From positions 1-19,215 of the forward strand of contig JBBQSO010000095.1 of the NCBI GenBank assembly GCA_038213805.1: a stretch of DNA of 19,215 nucleotides, in the 5' to 3' direction. A program made the position numbers and the translations under genes. This document shows positions 16,954 to 19,215 of this stretch, piece after piece (position 1 is the first letter of the stretch; each line of letters begins with the position of its first letter). This DNA is from Planctomycetota bacterium (GTDB taxonomy: Bacteria > Planctomycetota > UBA11346). Under the pieces are notes generated by a model that saw only the letters and a program-made list of their open reading frames with translations, ran no database searches and had not been told where the DNA came from.

Positions 16954-16965
16954 GGTAGCGGTCTC

Positions 16966-17820
16966 CTACTTGTCCCAGCCCGAGACCGGCCCCTTGGCGC
17001 CGAAGGTGAACGGACGCTTGGCGCGGCCGGCGGCCTGCTGGGCGGCGAGGTCGGCGGCGGCCTTGTCCGCTGCGGCTTTATCCGCTGCGGCTTTATCCGC
17101 TGCGGCCTGGTCGGCGGCGGCCTTATCCGCTGCCACTTTCGCAGCCTGTGCGGCCGCAGCGGCATCGGCAGCGGCCTTGTCGGCGGTGGCCTTTTCGGTC
17201 GCTGCCTTGTCTGCCGCATCCTTGGCGGCCTGGTCGGCGGCGACTTTGTCGGCCGCAGCCTTGTCCAAGGCGTCCTTGGCCGCCTGATCGGCGGCGGCCT
17301 TGTCGGCTGCCTCCTTCGCAGCGCTAGCGGCGAGGGCCGCAGCAGCGGCGGCCTTGGCCGCGTTGTCCTTGTCCGCTGCGTCCTTGGCTTCTTTCGCTGC
17401 CTTCTCGTCGGCCTCACGCTGGGCGAGCGCCTTTGCGGCCTGGTCGGCGGCGGCCTTGTCGGCGGCCGCCTTGTCCGCGGCAGCCTTGTCCGCGGCCGCC
17501 TTCGCGGCGGCGGCTTCCTGAGCGGCCTTGTCCGCGGCGGCCTGCTTGTCGGCCGCGTCCTTGGCCGCCTGGTCCGCCGCATCGCGGGCCAGCTTCTCCG
17601 CAGCGGCCTTGTCGGCGGCCTCCTTGGCAGCGGCGGCCGCGGCGGCCTTGGCTGCGCTCTCCTTGTCGGCGGCGTCCTTGGCGGCCTTGTCAGCGGCCTC
17701 GCGCAGGGCGAGTTCCTTGGCGGCCTGCTCGGCGGCCGCCTTCTTGGCGTTGTTGGAGACCACGACGGTCACGCCAACGATGCTGAGGATGACGATGACC
17801 GCGATGATGGCAAAACGCAT
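16966..17820 (-). CDS. Membrane-anchored Ala/Lys/Asp-rich helical repeat protein (TolA domain II-like composition), paralog 1, 284 aa
   Basis: SD AGGAG 6 nt before the ATG at 17820. TM/signal anchor MRFAIIAVIVILSIVGVTVVVS. Many AAADK/AAADQ/AKDAADK repeats with synonymous variation. Short tail KRPFTFGAKGPVSGWDK. Confidence 0.85.
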   Translation of the reverse strand: MRFAIIAVIVILSIVGVTVVVSNNAKKAAAEQAAKELALREAADKAAKDAADKESAAKAAAAAAAKEAADKAAAEKLARDAADQAAKDAADKQAAADKAAQEAAAAKAAADKAAADKAAADKAAADQAAKALAQREADEKAAKEAKDAADKDNAAKAAAAAALAASAAKEAADKAAADQAAKDALDKAAADKVAADQAAKDAADKAATEKATADKAAADAAAAAQAAKVAADKAAADQAAADKAAADKAAADKAAADLAAQQAAGRAKRPFTFGAKGPVSGWDK

Positions 17821-17880
17821 GGGATGCTCCTGGAAGGCCAACGGGATATCGGACCCCGGGCCGGATGCCACCACGAGATC
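17821..17880 (-). promoter_or_regulatory. Conserved upstream motif copy 1 (candidate ECF-sigma promoter plus SD)
   Basis: Minus strand reads GATCTCGTGGTGGCATCCGGCCCGGGGTCCGATATCCCGTTGGCCTTCCAGGAG. It aligns without gaps to the region upstream of paralog 2. Confidence 0.55.
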
Positions 17881-18015
17881 CTTCACCGCCTATGAGCCGT
17901 GCGCAGAAAGCAGCTTCATGGGCCGTTCAGGTGCGGCGACCGGCCTATGCGCAAAAGGGTTTATGCCCAGAATGAGGAGTTCGCAGCGCTTCGTCCTGAA
18001 ATTGCTGGAGCAAGG

Positions 18016-18768
18016 TCATTTCGGGCCGCCGGCCGCAGGGTCTTTGGCCTGATTGGTCGCGGCCGGCTGTTCTGCCGCAGCCCGCGCAGCCTGGTCGACC
18101 GCCGCTTTTTCGGCAGCAAGCCTTGCCGCCAGTTCAGCGGCGGCCTTGTCCGCGGCCGCTTTCTCAGCGCTGACCCGCTCAGCTGCCTCCTGCGCAGCAC
18201 GGTCGGCCGCCTCCTTCTCTGCCGCTGCGCGCGTGGCCAGGTCGGCGGCGGCCTGGTCCGCCGCCGCCTTGGCCGCAGCTGCCTCCTGAGCGGCTTTTTC
18301 CGCCGCCTGCCGGGTGGCCAACTCGACGGCGGCGCGGTCCGCTGCTTCCTTGGCGGTCTTGTCGGCGGCGGCCTTCTCAAGCGCTGCCTGCTCCGCGGCG
18401 ACCCGGGCCGCCTGTTCAGCCACGGCCCGGTCTGCCGCCGCCTTGGCCGCGGCCGCCTCCTTGGTGGCCTGTTCCGCGATCGCTTGCTTCTCTGCGGCAT
18501 CCTGTGCCGCCCTGGTTGCGGCTTCCCGGGCGAATTTCTCGGCTGCGGCCGTGTCCGCCGCCTCCTTGGCGACGACGGCAGCCGCGGCTGCGACTGCGGC
18601 CCTGATCGCGGCTTCACGGTCGGCGGCGTCCCTGGTGGCCTGTTCGACCTGGGCGCGTTGGGCGGCCGCCTCCGCAGCCCGCGCCGCGGCGACCTTGCTG
18701 GTCGAGACCGCGATGGTGACGCCGATGATGCTCAAGACCACGAGGCTGGCGGCGATGATGAAGCGCAT
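18016..18768 (-). CDS. Membrane-anchored Ala/Glu/Lys/Arg-rich helical repeat protein, paralog 2, 250 aa
   Basis: SD GGAG before the ATG at 18768. Anchor MRFIIAASLVVLSIIGVTIAVS resembles paralog 1. Repeats include AKEAAD, AAADK, AAEK and AAQEAAAAKAAADQ. Confidence 0.85.
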   Translation of the reverse strand: MRFIIAASLVVLSIIGVTIAVSTSKVAAARAAEAAAQRAQVEQATRDAADREAAIRAAVAAAAAVVAKEAADTAAAEKFAREAATRAAQDAAEKQAIAEQATKEAAAAKAAADRAVAEQAARVAAEQAALEKAAADKTAKEAADRAAVELATRQAAEKAAQEAAAAKAAADQAAADLATRAAAEKEAADRAAQEAAERVSAEKAAADKAAAELAARLAAEKAAVDQAARAAAEQPAATNQAKDPAAGGPK

Positions 18769-18831
18769 GGGTGGTGCTCCCAGGAAGGGCATCGGAATAG
18801 CCGGCTTGCCAGCGGATGCCACGTCGGGATC
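18769..18831 (-). promoter_or_regulatory. Conserved upstream motif copy 2 (candidate ECF-sigma promoter plus SD)
   Basis: Minus strand reads GATCCCGACGTGGCATCCGCTGGCAAGCCGGCTATTCCGATGCCCTTCCTGGGAG. Confidence 0.55.
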
Positions 18832-18874
18832 CCGGGCCTGGGACAAGAGGCTTGCAATGCCTGCGAGGTTTTCC

Positions 18875-19215
<341 letters not shown>

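Noticed and set aside
17040..17720. 15-nt periodic repeats (GCGGCCTTGTCGGCG variants) considered as a CRISPR or VNTR array
   Set aside because: No unique spacers. The variation is synonymous and explained by AAADK coding.
18700..18768. LVVLSIIGV resembling a type IV pilin N-terminal helix
   Set aside because: No Gly|Phe cleavage site (MRF), no Glu5 and no pilin head domain.
17855..18825. Sigma-54 reading of the TGGCAT motif upstream of the paralogs
   Set aside because: The required GG-N10-GC spacing is not met: GG-N9-GC in one copy and no GC at that position in the other.

Overview
GC-rich bacterial window, probably from a Planctomycetota/PVC-like organism (inferred from protein style only). 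It has four blocks. (1) The 3' half of a type II secretion system (T2SS) operon on +: gspJ C-terminus, gspK, gspL-like, an apparent GspM-GspC fusion, gspD secretin, and a translationally coupled lipoprotein that is a pilotin candidate. (2) A convergent heterodimeric ABC exporter pair on -. (3) A divergent Fbp/Afu-type ABC importer (ATPase, long membrane-anchored solute-binding protein, fused permease), followed by a secreted protein with a VHEWGTFTS motif. (4) Two tandem paralogous membrane-anchored Ala/Lys/Asp/Glu helical repeat proteins with a shared bipartite upstream motif, and the 3' end of a LolD-like ATPase. The most unusual non-coding signal is a pair of ~130-155 nt elements made of inverted arrays of 7-8 nt tandem repeats around a structured core. 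One is read in frame through the 3' end of gspL, and the other sits in a divergent promoter region. No rRNA, tRNA, CRISPR array, transposase or integrase was recognised. All family calls come from motif recognition by eye; no database searches were run.
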